Positions 1 through 18,882 of a DNA stretch of 64,000 nt are shown here, one piece after another. The stretch's first letter is position 1. Each line of letters opens with the position of its first letter. The notes under the pieces were generated by a model. The model ran no database searches, had not been told where the DNA came from, and worked only from the letters and a program-made list of their open reading frames with translations. The stretch is from the human T2T-CHM13v2.0 reference genome, Homo sapiens: assembly GCF_009914755.1 (NCBI RefSeq), contig NC_060935.1; one strand, written 5' to 3'. Position numbers and translations under genes: made by a program.

Positions 1-59
1 TTCTATAATGTCAGAAATTTCCAACTTGAGATTATATCTAGTTGGCATTAAGAAATACA

Positions 60-1070
60 AATCTCTCATGCAAATTCCGCAAACATTTATTGAATATTAT
101 TTATGTATCTGGTGTTATGCTAGGTTATGCTAGATCCAATTGCTATCTTCTTGGATCTAGCAGTTCAGTGGTGTAGATGGACATTGATTAAATCATCACC
201 AGGAAGTATAAATCTCCAACTGCAGGAATACTGTGAAAGAGATATACATGGTGATATAAGTGTTTGAAATCAAAATTTGACCTCATCAGTGAGTCAGAGT
301 ATTACAAGGAAAAGGACAAAAGATTTGATATGTAGAGGAGAGAATAAGACTTACCCAGATGAAGAAGGAAGAGTAGCTAAGGCCAAAAAGGAGCCCATTA
401 AAGATAACCTATTGCAAAATTTAGGATTGCAAACAGGAAGGCTGAAAGAAAGAAAATGTGGCTCAAGTACAGTGTATAAGGGTATCAAGTTTGAGAGAAT
501 GCTACAGATAGTAGTGGTTACACTGTGCCAGGCCTTGCAGGCCATGTAAATGAGTTTTACTTTTATCTTAGGGCAATGGTCAGTTACTGAAGATTTTTAA
601 GAGGGATAGGGAGTGACTTGAGCAGTTTTTTGTTTCAATAAGACTGATTTGGCTGCAGTTTTCGGTGAGCCAGGTAAGAGCAGATTTGGATAGATCAGTC
701 AGTAGGTTATTCTAGCAAACCAGTGATAGATGATACTAATGAGACTGGTGGTGAGAATGAAGAGGAGGGAAGCAAAATTGTGAGGCATTAAAGTAATTAG
801 GTCAATAGGACTGTAACTTGCATAATAAGGCTATGTCATTCACCCAAGGAGGGAGCTGTACAAGAAGACCATGTTTTGAAAGGCAGATCATTAACTTAGC
901 TTTGAAAATATTGTGTGGGATGAATATTTGATCCTCAAGATCAGAGGAAAGAACTGTGCTGAAGATATAAGTTTGGAAATTATAACAACATGGTGATTGA
1001 AGTCTTGGGTATTAAATAGATTGCTTATGGGGGGAGTATAGGGTGAAAGAAGAGGGTCTTGTAATGAGTC
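60..1070. mobile_element. Highly degraded L2 (LINE-2) fragments
   Basis: L2-like motifs 'aaacatttattgaatatt', 'ggccttgcaggccatgtaaatgagttttacttttatct' and 'agactgatttggctgcag'; boundaries approximate. Confidence 0.5.
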
Positions 1071-1079
1071 TTAGAAAAC

Positions 1080-3270
<2,191 letters not shown>

Positions 3271-3279
3271 ATGTAGTTG

Positions 3280-4179
3280 TACTTAGGAATACATCTAACT
3301 AGGGCCATCAATGATCTCTACAAGGAGAATTACAACATTCTGTTGAAAAAAAAATCAAATGCCTGATACAAAGAAATGGAAAAACTTCCCACGTTCATGA
3401 ATCTGAAGCAGCAATATCACTAAAATGACCATACTACCCAAAGCAGTCTACAGATTCAATGCTATTTCTATTAAACTGTAAATGTCATTTTTTACAGAAT
3501 TAAAATAATGTATTCTAAAATTCATAGGGAAATAAAAAGGAGCCCAATAGCCAAACCAAATCTAAGCAAAAAGAAAAAAGTCAGAGGCATCACACTATCT
3601 AACTTAAACTATACTGCAAGGCTATAGTAACCAAAAGAGCACACTACGGGTACAAAAACAGACACACAGCCCAATCGAAAAGGATAGAAAACTCAGAAAT
3701 AGAACCACACACCTACATACTCAACAAAGTTGACAAGCAATGCAGAAAGGATTCCTTATTTAATAAATGGTGCTGGGATCTTCAACAAAGTTGAGGTGCT
3801 GATCCTCAACAAAGTTGACAAGCAATGTGGAAAGGACTCCTTATTTAATAAATGGTGCTGGGATACTTGGCTAACCATATGCTAGCCATATATAGAAGAA
3901 GGAAATTGGACTCCTACCTTTCACCATGTACACAAATTAACTCAAGATGGCTTAAGGAATTAAATGTAAGATGTAAAACTAAAAGTCCTAGCAGAAAACC
4001 TGGGAATCACAATTCTGGACATTGATCTTGGTAAAGACGTTATAACTATGTCCCCAAAATTAACTGTAATGAAACAAAAATTGACAAGTCAGACCTAATT
4101 AAGCTAAAGAGCTTCTCCACAGCAAAAGAAACTATCAACAAAGTAAATATATAATCCACAGAATGGGAGAAAATATTCT
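3280..4179 (+). mobile_element. L1PB-type LINE-1 ORF2 fragment, left half, interrupted at 4179
   Basis: ORF2 motifs 'cccaaagcagtctacagattcaatgc', 'taataaatggtgctggga', 'aagagcttctccacagcaaaagaaactatc'; sequence resumes at 13976. Confidence 0.85.
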
Positions 4180-6776
4180 CTTTTTCAAAAAAATTATACT
4201 TTAAGGTCTGGGATACAGGGGTAGAATATGCAGGTTTATTACATAGGTATACACATGCCATGGTTTTTTGCTGCACCCATCCACCCATCATCTACATTAG
4301 GTATTTCTCCTATTGCTCTCCCTCTTCTAGCCCCCCATCCCTTGACAGGCCTCTGGTGTGTGATGTTCCCCTCCCTGTGTCCATGTGTTCTCATTGTTCA
4401 ACTCCCATTTATGAGTGAGAACGTGCGGTGTTTGGTTTTCTGTTCCTGTGTTAGTTTGCTGAGAATGATGGTTTCCACCTTCATCCATGTCTCTGCAAAG
4501 GACATGAACTCATCCTTTTTTATGGCTGCATATAATTCCATGGTGTATATGTGCCACATTTTCTTTATCCAGTCTATCATTGATGGGCATTTGGTTTGGT
4601 TCCAAGTCTTGGCTATTGTGAATAGTGCTGCAATAAACATACGTGTGCATGTGTCTTTACAGTAGAATGATTTATAATCCTTTGGGTATATACCCAGTAA
4701 TGGGATTGATGGGACCCAGTAATGGGATTGATGGGATTCTGGTTCTAGATCCTTGAGGAATCACTACACTGTCTTCCACAATAGTTGAACTAATTTACAC
4801 TCCCACCGACGGTGTAAAAGTGTTCCTATTTCTCCACATTCTCTCCAGTATCTGTTGTTTCCTGACTTTTTAATGATCGCCATTCTAACTGGTGTGAGAT
4901 GGTATCTCACTGTGGTTTTGATTTGCATTTATCTAATGAGCAGTGATGATGAGCTTTTTTTAAATATGTTTGTTGGCCTTATAAATGTCTTCTTTTGAGA
5001 AGTGTCTGCTCATATCCTTCACCCATTTTTTAGTTGTTTTTTTCTTGTAAATTTGTTTAAGTTCTTCATAGATTCTGGATATTAGCCCTTTGTCAGATGG
5101 ATAGATTGCAAAAATTTTCTCCCATTCTGTAGGTCGCCTGTTCACTCTGATGATAGTTTCTTTTGCTGTGCAGAAGATCTTTAGTTTAATTAGATCCCAT
5201 TTGTCAATTTTGGCTTTTGTGACCATTGTTTTTGGTGTTTTAGTCATGAAGTCCTTGCCCATGCCTATGTCCTGAATGGTATTGCCTAGGTTTTCTTCTT
5301 GGGGTTTTATTGTTTTAGGTCTTACATTTAAGTCTTTAATCCATCTTGAGTTATTTTTTGTATAAGGTGTAAGGAAGGGGTTCAGTTTCAGTTTCCTGCC
5401 CATGGCTAGCCAGTTTTCCCAACACCATTTATTGAATAGGGAATCCTTTCTCCATTGCTTGTTTTTGTCAGGTTTGTAAAGATCTGATGGTTGTAGATGT
5501 GTAGTGTTATTTATGAGATCTCTGTTCTGTTCCATTGGTCTATACATCTGTTTTGGTACCAGTACCATGCTGTTTTGGTCACTGTAGCCTTGTACTATAG
5601 TTTGAAGACAGATAGCTTGGTGCCTCCAGCTTTGTTCTTTTTGCTTAGAATTGTCTTGGCTGCATGGGCTCTTCTTTGGTTTCATATGAAATTTAAAGTA
5701 GTTTTTTCTAATTCTGTGAAGAAAGTTAATGGTAGCTTGATGGGAATAGCATTGAATCTGTAAATTACTTTGGGCAGTATGACCATTTTCACCATATTGA
5801 TTCTTTCTATTCATGGGCATGGAATGTTTTTCCATTTGTTTGTGTCCTCTCTTGTTTCCTTGAGCAGTGGTTTGCAGTTATCCTTGAAAAGTTTCTTTAT
5901 GTCCCTTGTAAGTTGTCTTTCAAGATATTTTATTCTCTTTGTAGCAATTGTGAATGGGAGTTCACTTACGATTTGGCTCTTTGTTAGTCTATTATTGGTG
6001 TATAGGAATGCTTGTGATTTTTTGCACATTGACTGTATCCTGAGACTTTGCTGAAGTTGCTTAACAGCTTAAGGAGATTTTGGGAAGAGACGATGAGGTT
6101 TTCTAAATATACAATCATGTCATCTGCAACCAGAGACAATTTGACTTCCTCTCTTCCTATTTGAATAACCTTTATATTTCTCTCTCTTGCCAGGTTGCCC
6201 TGACCAGAATTTCCAATACTGTGTTGAGTAGGAGTGGTGAGAGAGGACATCCTTGTCTTGTGCCAGTTTTCAAAGGAAGTGCGTCCAGCTTTTGACCATT
6301 CTGTATGATATTGGCTGTGGGTTTGTCATAAATAGCTCTTATTATTTTGAGATACATTCCATCAATACCTATTTTATTGAGATTTTTTAACATGAATGGT
6401 TTTAAATTTTATTGAAGGCCTTTTCTGCATCTGTTGAGATAATCCTGTGGTTTCTGTCTTTGGTTCTGTTTATTTGATGGATTACATTTATTGGTTTTCA
6501 TATGTTGAACCAGCCTTGCATCCCAGGGATGAAGCAGATTTGATCATGGTGGATAAGCTTTTTTATGTGCTGCTGGATTCAGTTTGCCAGTATTTTATTG
6601 AGGATTTTCACATTGATGTTCAACAGGGATATTGGCCTGACATTTTCTTCTTTTGTTTTCTATGCCAGGTTTTTAATATCAGGATGATGCTGGTCTCATA
6701 AACAGAGTTACGGAGGAGTCCCTCTTTTTCTGTTGTTTGGAATAGTTTCAGAAGGAACGATACTAGCTCCTCTTTG

Positions 6777-10090
<3,314 letters not shown>

Positions 10091-11613
10091 GGTACCAGCT
10101 CCTCTTTGTACCTCTGATAGAATTCAGCTGTGAATCTATCTGGTCCTGGGTATTTTTTGCTCAGGAGGCTATTAATTACTGTCTCAATTTCAGAACCTGT
10201 TATCGGTGTTCTCAGGGATTTGATTTCTTCCTGGCTTAGTCTTGGGAGGGTGTATGTGTCCAGGAATTTATCCATTTCTTCTAGATTTTCCAGTTTATTT
10301 GTGTAGTGGTGTTTACAGTATTCTCTTATGGTAATTTGTATTTCTGTGGGATCAGTGGTGATATTGCCTTTATCATTTTTATTGTGTCTATTTGATTCTG
10401 CTCTCTTTTCTTTATTAGTCTGGCTAGTGGTCTGTTTTGTTAATCTTTTCTAAAAAACACCTTCTGGATTCATTGATGTTTTGAAAGGTTTTACGTGTCT
10501 TTATTTCCTTTGGTTCTTCTCTGATTTCAGTTTTTTCTTATCTTCTGCTGGCTTTTGAATTCGTTTGCTCTTCCTTCTCTAGTTCTTTTAATTGTGATGT
10601 TAGGGTGTAGATTTTAGATCTTTCCCACTTTATCCTGTGGTCATTTAGTGCCATAAATTTCCCTCTAAAGACTTCTTTAGCTGTGTCCCAGAGATGCTGG
10701 TACATTGTATCTTTGTTTTCATTGGTTTCAAAGAACTTACTTATTTCTGCCCTAATTTCTTTATTTACCCAGTAGTCATTCAGAAGTAGGTGGTTCCGTT
10801 TCCATGTAGTTGTGCAGCTTCGAGAAAGTTTCTTAATCCTGAGTTCTAATTTGATTGCACTGTGGTCTGAGAGACAGTTTGTTGTAATTTGTTTTTTTTT
10901 GCATTTGCTGAGGAGTCTTTTACTTCCAATTATGTGGTCAATTTTAGAATAAGTGCACTGTAGTGCTGAGAAGAATGTATATTCAGTTGATTTGAGGTGG
11001 AGAGTTCTGTAGATGTCTATTAAGTTCACTTGGTCCAGAGCTGAGTTCAAGTCCTGAAGATCCTTGTTAATTTTCTGTCTCATTGATCTGTCCAATATTG
11101 AGAGTGGGGTGTTAAAGTCTCCCACTATTATTGTGTGGGAGTCTAAGTCTCTTTGTTGGACTCTAAGAACTTGCTTTATGAATCTGGGTGCTCCTGTATT
11201 GGGTGCATATATATTTAGGATAGTTAGTTCTTGTTGCATTGATTCCTTTACCGTTAGGTAATGCCCTTCTTTGTCTCTTTTGATCTTTGTTGGTTTAAAG
11301 TCTGTTTTATCAGAGACTAGGATTGCAACCCTTGCTTTTTTTTGCTTCCCATTTTCTTGGTAAATATTTCTCCATCCCTTTATTTTTGAGTCTATGTGTG
11401 TCTTTGCACATGAGATGGGTCCCCTGAATACAGCACAGTAATGGGTCTTGACTCTTTATCCAATTTGCCAGTCTGTGTCTTTTAATTGGGGGCATTTAGC
11501 CCATTTACATTTAAGGTTAATATTGTTATGTGTGAATTTGATCCTGTCATTATGATGCTAGCTGGTTATTTTACCCATTAGTTGATTCAGTTTCTTCATA
11601 GCGTCAATGATCT

Positions 11614-12635
11614 TTACAATTTGATACGTTTTTGCAGTGGCTGGTACCAGTTTTCTCTTTCCATGTTTAGTGCTTCCTTCAGGAGCTCTTGTAAGGCGGG
11701 CCTGGTGGTGACAAAATCTCTCAGCATTTGTTTGTCTGTAAAGGATTTTATTTCTCCTTCGCTTATGAAGCTTAGTTTGGCTGGATATGAAATTCTGGTT
11801 TGAAAATTCTTTCCTTTAAGAATGTTGAATATTGGCCCCCACTCTCTTCTGGCTTGTAGGGTTTCTGCAGGGAGATCCTCTGTTAGTCTGATGGGCTTCC
11901 CTTTGTGGGAAACCTGACCTTTCTCTTTGGTTGCCCTTAAGATTTTTTCCTTCATTTCAGCCTTGGTGAATCTGATGATTATGTGTCTTGGGGTTGCTCT
12001 TCTTGAGGATTATCTTTGAGGTGTTCTCTGTATTTCCTGAATTTGAATGTTGGCCTGTCTTGCTAGGTTGGGGAAGTTCTCCTGGATTATATCCTGAAGA
12101 GTGTTTTCCAACTTGGTTCCATTCTCCCCAGCACTTTCAGGTACACCAATCATATGTAGGTTTGGTCTTTTCACATAGTGCCATATTTCTTGGAGGCTTT
12201 GTTCATTCCTTTTCATTGTTTTCTCTAATCTTGTCTTCATGCTTTATTTCATTAAGTTGATCTTCAATCTCTGATATCTTTCTTCCACTTGATTGATTCA
12301 GCTATTGATACTTGTGAATGCTTCACGAATTTCTCGTGCTCTGCTTTTCAGCTCCATCAGGTCATTTGTGTTCTTCTCTAAACTGATTATTGCAGTTAGC
12401 AATCCCTGTAACCTTTTTTCAAGGCTCTTAGCTGCCTTGCATTAGATTAAAACATGCTCCATTAGCTTGGAGGAGTTTGTTATTACCCACCTTCTGAAGC
12501 CTACTTCTGTCAATTCATCAAACTCATTCTCTGTCCAGTTTTGTTCCCTTGCTGGAGAGGAGTTATGATCCTTTGGAGGAGAAGAGTCATCTGGTTTTTG
12601 GAATTTTCAGCCTTTTTGGGTTGGTTTTTTCTCAT
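11614..12635 (-). pseudogene. Disrupted L1 ORF1p of the host L1PA
   Basis: ORF fragments 12010-12240 (RNEQSLQEIWHYVKRPNL) and 11614-11955 (ISYPAKLSF...FVTTRPALQELLKE); ATG at 12635. Confidence 0.92.
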
Positions 12636-13975
12636 CTTTGTGGATTCATCTACCTTTGGTCTTTGATGTTGGTGACTTCGGATGGGGTTTTTTTGTGGAC
12701 GTCCCTTTTTATTGATGTTGATGCTATTCTTTTCTGTTTGTTAGTTTTCTTTCTAACAGTCAGTCCCCTCTGCTGCAGGTCTGCTGGAGTTTGCTGGAGG
12801 TTCACTCCAGACCCTGTCTGCCTGGGTATCACCAGTGGAGGCAGTAGAACAGCGAAAATTGCCGCCTGTTCCTTCCTCTGGAAGCTTTGTCCCAGAGGGG
12901 CACCCACCAGATGCCAGGTGGAGCTCTCCTTTATGAGGTTTCTGTCGATCCTGCTGGGAGATGTCTCCAAGTCAGGAAGCATGGGTCTCAGGGACCCATT
13001 TGAAGAGGGAGTCTGTCCCTTAGCAGAGCTCGAGCGCTGTTCTGGGGGATCCATTGCTGTCTTCAGAGCTGGCAGGCAGGAATGTTTAAGTCGGCTGAAG
13101 CTGTGCCCACAGCCACCCCTTCCCCCAGGTGCTCTGTCTCAGGGAGATAGGATTTTTATCCATAAGCCCCTGACCGAGGCTGCTGTCTTTCTTTAAGAGA
13201 TGCTCTGCCTAGAGGGGAGGAAGGTAGAGAGGCAGTCTGGCTACAGCGGCTTTGCCAAGCTGTGGTAGGCCCCACTAAGTTCGAACTTCCCAGTGGCTTT
13301 GTTTATACTGTGAGGGGAAAACCACCTACTCAAGCTTCAGTAATGGTGCATGGCCCTCCCCCCACCAAGCTCGAGCATCCCAGGTCAGCTTCAGACTGCT
13401 GTTCTGGCAGTGAGAATTTCAAGCCGGTGGATCTTAGCTGGCTGGGTTCCATGCGAATGGGATCTGCTGAGCTAGACCACTTGACTCCCTGGCTTCAGCC
13501 CACTTTCCAGGGGAGTGAATGGTTCTGGCTTGCTGGCATTCAAGGTGCCACTGGGATATGAAAAGAAAATATCCTGCAGCTAGCTCAGTGTCTGCCAAAG
13601 TGGCCTCCCAGTTTTGTGCTTGAAACCCAGGGCCCTGTTGGTGTAGGCATCCGAGGGTATCTACTGGTCTGCAGGTTGTGAAGACCACAGGCAAAGTGTA
13701 GTATCTGGGCCAGAATGCACTGTTTGTTATGGCACAGTCCCTCACAACTTCCCCCGCATAGGGGAGGGAGTTCCCCGACCCCTTACACTTCCCAGGTCAG
13801 GTGACGCCCCACCCTGCTTCAGTTTCCTTTCCATGTGCTGCGCCCTCTAACCATTCCCAATGAGATGAGCTGGGTACCTCAGCTGGAAATGCAGAAATTA
13901 CCCACTTTCTGTGTTGATCTCGCTGGGAGCTGTAGACTGGAGTTGTTCCTATTTGGCCATCTTGCCAGCCACTCT
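12636..13975 (-). promoter_or_regulatory. L1 5'UTR internal promoter with intact YY1 site
   Basis: CAAGATGGCC (+ strand ggccatcttg, 13955-13964) near the element 5' end; GC-richer than the flanks but CpG-decayed. Confidence 0.75.
13343..13561 (+). other. ORF0-like antisense ORF (72 aa) in the L1 5'UTR
   Basis: gtaATGG start; MVHGPPPTKLEHPRSASDCCSGSE... parallels the L1HS ORF0 N-terminus as I recall it (MAGAPPPASL...SDCC); residues 28-99 of track ORF 13262-13561. Confidence 0.55.
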
Positions 13976-14915
13976 GGAGAACATATTCTTAAACTATGCA
14001 TCTGACAAAGGTCTAATATCCAGAATCCATAAGGATCTTAAATCAACATGTAAAAAACAACCCCATTAAAAAATGGACATAAAACAAGAACAGACACTTC
14101 TCAAAAGAAGACATACATGCAGCCAAAAAATGTAGAAACAATTTTCCTAATCACTAATCGTCAGTAAAACATAAATCAAAACCACAATGGGATACCATCT
14201 CATAGCAGTCAGAATGGCTAGTATTGAAAAAGTAAAAACTAACAGATGTTAATGGGACTGTGGAGAAAAGTAAATGCTTACACACTGTTGGTGGGAATGT
14301 AAATTAATTTAGTCGCTGTGGAAAACAGTTTTGAGATTTCTCAAAGAATATAAAACAGAACTATCATTTGATCCAGCTATCCCATTACTGGGTATATGCT
14401 CAAAGGAAAATAAATCTTTCTGGTAAAAAGTCACATGCAGTCATGTGTTCATTACAGATGTATTCATAATAGCAAAGACATGGATTTAACCTAAATGCCC
14501 ATCAACAGTGAACTGGAAAAAGAAAATGTGGCACAGATACACCATGGAATACTATGCAGCCATAAAAAAGAAATAAATCCTGTTCTTTGCAGCAACATGG
14601 ATGCAGCTGGAAGCCATTATCCTAAGTAAATCAACACAGAAACAGAAAACCAAATACTGCATATTCTAATTTGTTAGTGGGAGCTAAACATTGAGTACAT
14701 ATGGTCATAAATATGGGAACAATATATACTGGGGATTACTAGAGGGAAGAGAGATGGAGGAGGACAAAGTTTGAAAAACTATGTCCTGGGCACTATGCTC
14801 ACTGCTTGACAGGATCATTCGTACACCAAAACTTAGCAACACCCAATTTACCCATGTAGTAATCCTCTACATGTACTCCCTGAGCCAAAAACGGAAAACA
14901 ACAACAATAAAAAAC
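13976..14915 (+). mobile_element. L1PB-type LINE-1, right half (ORF2 end and 3'UTR)
   Basis: Continues from 4179 ('aaactatgcatctgacaaaggtctaatatccagaatc'); 3' end 'cactatgctcac...caatttacccatgt...catgtactccctgagccaaaa' followed by an A-rich tail. Confidence 0.88.
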
Positions 14916-14919
14916 CTGA

Positions 14920-15383
14920 AAAATAGAAGAAAACAGGAAAGATAAAATACATTAAATTTAAAAAGAAATACTTAAAAATCTGTATTAAGAAGACAACTTA
15001 ATTTTAAAGAAATGAAAATATTTCATTAAACACTTCACCAATGAAGATATACAAATATAAAATAAGACATAAAAGATGCTCAATATCATTAGTAATCACA
15101 GAGATGCAAATTAAAATCGCAATGGAATATCAGTACATATCCATTTAAATGGCTAAAATTAAAATGACTAAAATAAGAAGTGTTGGAAATGAAGAGGAGA
15201 AATTGAGACTCACACACAAAGCTGGTATTGGTGATGTAAAAGTGTATCATCTCTTGGAAAAATAGTACCGTTTTTCTTAAAGTTAAATATACACATAAAA
15301 TATAACAATAATTCCAGAATTAAGTATATACCCCAGAATAGCAAAAACTGTTTTCATACAAAAACCTGTATACATTTAGTAGT
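14920..15383 (+). mobile_element. Ancient L1M ORF2 3' fragment
   Basis: 'cacttcaccaatgaagatatacaaat', 'gatgctcaatatcattagtaatcacagagatgcaaattaaaa'. Confidence 0.7.
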
Positions 15384-17090
15384 TGTATCAGTTTCCTAAG
15401 GCTGCATGGTAAATAAAAAATTTGGTGTCTTAAAACAACAGACATTTATTATATTACATTCTAACCTTGAAATCAAGGTGTCAGCAAAGTTGAAGGCTCT
15501 AGGGAAGAATCCTTCCCTGCTTCTTCCTAGCTGCTGGTGGTTGCCAGCAATCCCTGGCTTTCCTTTGCTTTCAGCTGCATCTTTCCAATTTTTGCCTTTG
15601 CCTTCACACATCCGTCTTCCCTCTGAGTATGTGTGTCAGTGTTTCTGCCTCTCCTCCTTTTATAGGGGCACCAATCACATTGGATTTAGGGCCATCCTAT
15701 CCCAGTATGACCCCCTCTTAACTTGTCACATCCATAAAGACTTTATTTCCAAATAAAGTCACATTCTGAAGTTCTAGATGGGCATAAGATTTTGTGGGAC
15801 ACTATTTGACACACTGCAGTTTACCATCTGTCCCCCAGATTCTCATTCATCCCACATGCAAGTTATATTCACCCCAGTCCTATGTCATCCAAAGTATGGA
15901 TCCATTCTAGTATTAATGGTAAGTTTCAAATTTTCTGTAAATATCAGCTCAAAAAGTTTCAATTTAATTATCTCAATTATTAGAATCAGAAATGAGTGAA
16001 ACTCAGGATATGGTCTATTATGAGGCAAAATTGCTCTTCATTCACAGACCTGTGAAACTACAAAACAAGTATCTGCTTCCAAGATACAGTGGTAGGGCAG
16101 GCATAGGATAGACACTGACATCGTGAAAAGGAGAAGATGGAAGGAATAAAGGGTCATTTGTCCCAAGCAAGTTCAAAACTCAGCAAAGCAAATTCCGTTA
16201 GGCCCCAAGGCCTGAGAATAACTTTCTGTGGCCCATGCCCTGCCCTTGAGAGCCATACTTTCTCTTTCTCTTTGATCTGATAGTTACTTTGCACACTGTG
16301 ACTGAGTGAATGTGTGTACTTCCACATATGCATATGCCAGGTCTGAATTTTTCACTCTGATGCAACTTGGGTGACCAAAACCGTGATTTTATTGTTTTGT
16401 AACTGAACCAACTAGGTTTAACTCTTCCTTTTGGTAAATAGCAAATTTCTTGGTATATTTACATCCAGGTAAATTGAGTCATTTGCAGACATTTATTTGT
16501 CTTCTTTAGGAAAATAGTCTAATTGAGGGGTTTCCCCTTTGTTTTTACTTTCCTTACTTTCTACCTCTCTCCAGTGAGTAATCTAAATGCTGAGTTGGGT
16601 AGAGGCAGTGGGTGTATGCATTGTCCTAGCATTAACTAGATCAAGGTATCTGGCCCATCATTGTCCTCTGTTCTCTGTGGGTGTCTTCAGCACTAGTCTT
16701 AGGGCATTTGCCTGCATACACTGACACCTGCTGAGGTATCTTGTTTTCACCATGATCACTGGTCAACAGCCCACATTCTGCCTCTTCAGCCTTTGTGCTT
16801 CTCCCTGGGACATAGGACAGGAAGATTTTATACAACCCTGTGAGGACTTAAATTTTGCTGATGGTCTTAGGCCCATCTGCCTAGGTATTCCACTCAGATT
16901 TTTTTTTTTAATCTTATTGTGCATAACCTCACCAGACAGTTAGCTTCTCTACAGGGTTTTCAGTCTCGGAAGTAAGGCAAGAAATACCTTTCTTATGGTG
17001 CCCTCCAAAACTTATCTGGGAATTCCATCATCTCCTTCTGCTAGGATATCTGCTCTATACTTCAAAGTTGAAGGCCATGAATTATTTCTA
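15384..17090 (-). mobile_element. MLT1 (MaLR) LTR (~15384-15820) with adjacent MaLR internal-sequence fragments
   Basis: 'tgtatcagtttcctaaggctgc...cttaaaacaacagacatttatt', 'ttatttccaaataaagtcacattctgaag'; internal-like segments at 15820-16260 and 16640-17090. Confidence 0.7.
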
Positions 17091-17896
17091 TATAATCCAT
17101 AAGTCACTTACTATATTGCTCCATTTTCTGTTTACATGATAAAAATACTCCTCTAATGATGAAATGATTTTATTTCTTCATTCCATGTAAACAAAACTGT
17201 TACAATTGTCATGATTTTTCTCAGTGTTATCATTTTTAGCTTAAACTTTCCACCTTTGAATTTGAATTCAAAAAAAGTCGTTTGTCTCTCAATATCTCAG
17301 CCTTGTGAAAACCTCTGCTTTCAAGGTTGTTGCTTCTTCAATGAATTTTAAAAGCCTGTTTTGGAACTTAATGCCAACATTTTGACTCTGTGTTCTAAGC
17401 AATATATGCCCTCCCTCAGAGGGCACTGAAAAGCTACTTTTCACTTTCTGCCTAAATGGTGTTAAAAGGGTAGTACAAAGAAGCATTGGTGTATCTGGAG
17501 TGTGAAAGAGCCTGCTTGGTAACATTTTAAAAATCTTCCTTTTTATTTAATAATATCCTTTTCTTTTGTTCTTACTTCCATCCATATGTGCAACTATCTA
17601 TGGACATCTATGTTTATACACACACACAAACACCTATGCATATACACATATTCACAGGTACACACACACATATTATATTTTTATTCTCTTTATCATTTTC
17701 ATGTTAGAAGATATTATCTATGTCATTTTTTTTCCTGATGGCTAAATGCTCAGGCATCTTAGTAGCTATCCTTTGTTAATTTGCTTGACAAATATTATTG
17801 AGCTCTCTCTAGATGTCAGAATTGTAGCAGACACTGGAGAAGATATAATCTCTGCTCACAAAAGAACCATAGGATAGAGGGAGGGAGTGATTGGCA

Positions 17897-18412
17897 AGCA
17901 TTTTAGTCAGGGTTCCACAGAGAAAACACTACACACACACACACACGCACACACACACACACACACATATACACATTTATGTATGTGTATATATACATGC
18001 ATGTGTGTATATACATATACACATACATATATGTGTATACACACACATATATACACACACATACATATATACACATACATATATGTGTGTATATATATAC
18101 AGATATACACATGCAGGTTGGAAACCCAGGATAGAGACCAGGAAAGAGTTGATGCTGCAGTTCAGGTCAAAAGGCAGCCTAGAGGTAGAATTTCTTCTTT
18201 CTTAGGGACCTCAGTCTTTTTCTCTTAAAGCCTTCAACTGGTTTAGTGGGCCTCCCCACGTTATTGGAGATAATTTACTTCACTCAAAGTCTACTAATTT
18301 AAATGTTATTCAGATCTAAAAAAATAACCCTCACAGTAACATCTAGACTGAAGTTTGACCAAAAACTGGCTACTGTAGCCTAGTCAGGTTGATACATAAA
18401 ATTAGCCATCAG
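17897..18412 (-). mobile_element. MLT2 (ERVL) LTR with an expanded (CA)/(TA) tract
   Basis: 'ttagtcagggttccacagagaaa' ... 'gcctagtcaggttgatacataaaattagccatca'. Confidence 0.8.
17930..18112. repeat. Compound (CA)n/(TA)n/(TG)n microsatellite
   Basis: Direct inspection; it generates the low-complexity HT/YI/CV ORFs. Confidence 0.95.
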
Positions 18413-18524
18413 AGCAAGTAAACAGAAAATTAAAGTGTGATAACTGATAAATTTGTAGAGAGTTATGAATATGTTTTTTTGACAGAAAGGATCTTCTCTT
18501 AAAAGATAGAGACTTCATGATATG

Positions 18525-18882
18525 CAGCTTAGTCCATTCAGGCTGCTCTAAAAAATGCCATAAACTTCATGGCTTGTAAATGGGAGAAATTTAATCTCTT
18601 ACAGTTCTAGAGGCTAAGCAATCCAAGATCAGGGCACCAGCAGATTCAGTGTCTGGTGAGGGTCTGTTTTTGCTTCATAGGTGGCACCTTCTTACCACAT
18701 CCTCATACGATGAAAGAGCTCCCCGAGGTCTCTTTTATAAGGGCATTACTCTTATTAATGAGGGCAGAGTTCCTGTGACCTAATCATCTCTCAAAGGCTC
18801 CATTCTCTAATACTGTTACATTGGGAATATCTGGTTCAACATATGAATTTTGGGGGCCTACAAACATTCAGAGTATAGAAGC
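18525..18882 (-). mobile_element. MLT1A-type MaLR solo LTR
   Basis: 'cttagtccattcaggctgct', 'tccaagatcagggcaccagcagattcagtgtctggtgaggg', 'caacatatgaattttggggg'. Confidence 0.85.

Noticed and set aside
4960-5835. 291-aa ORF
   Set aside because: Frameshifted L1 ORF2 (out-of-frame first half, in-frame second half), not a host gene.
12549-13196. 215-aa plus-strand ORF
   Set aside because: Antisense to the L1 5'UTR/ORF1 start with a non-ATG start, typical of L1PA copies.
17887-18228. Overlapping His/Thr/Tyr/Cys/Val-rich ORFs (also at 25799, 31968, 54901, 62798)
   Set aside because: Translations of dinucleotide microsatellites.
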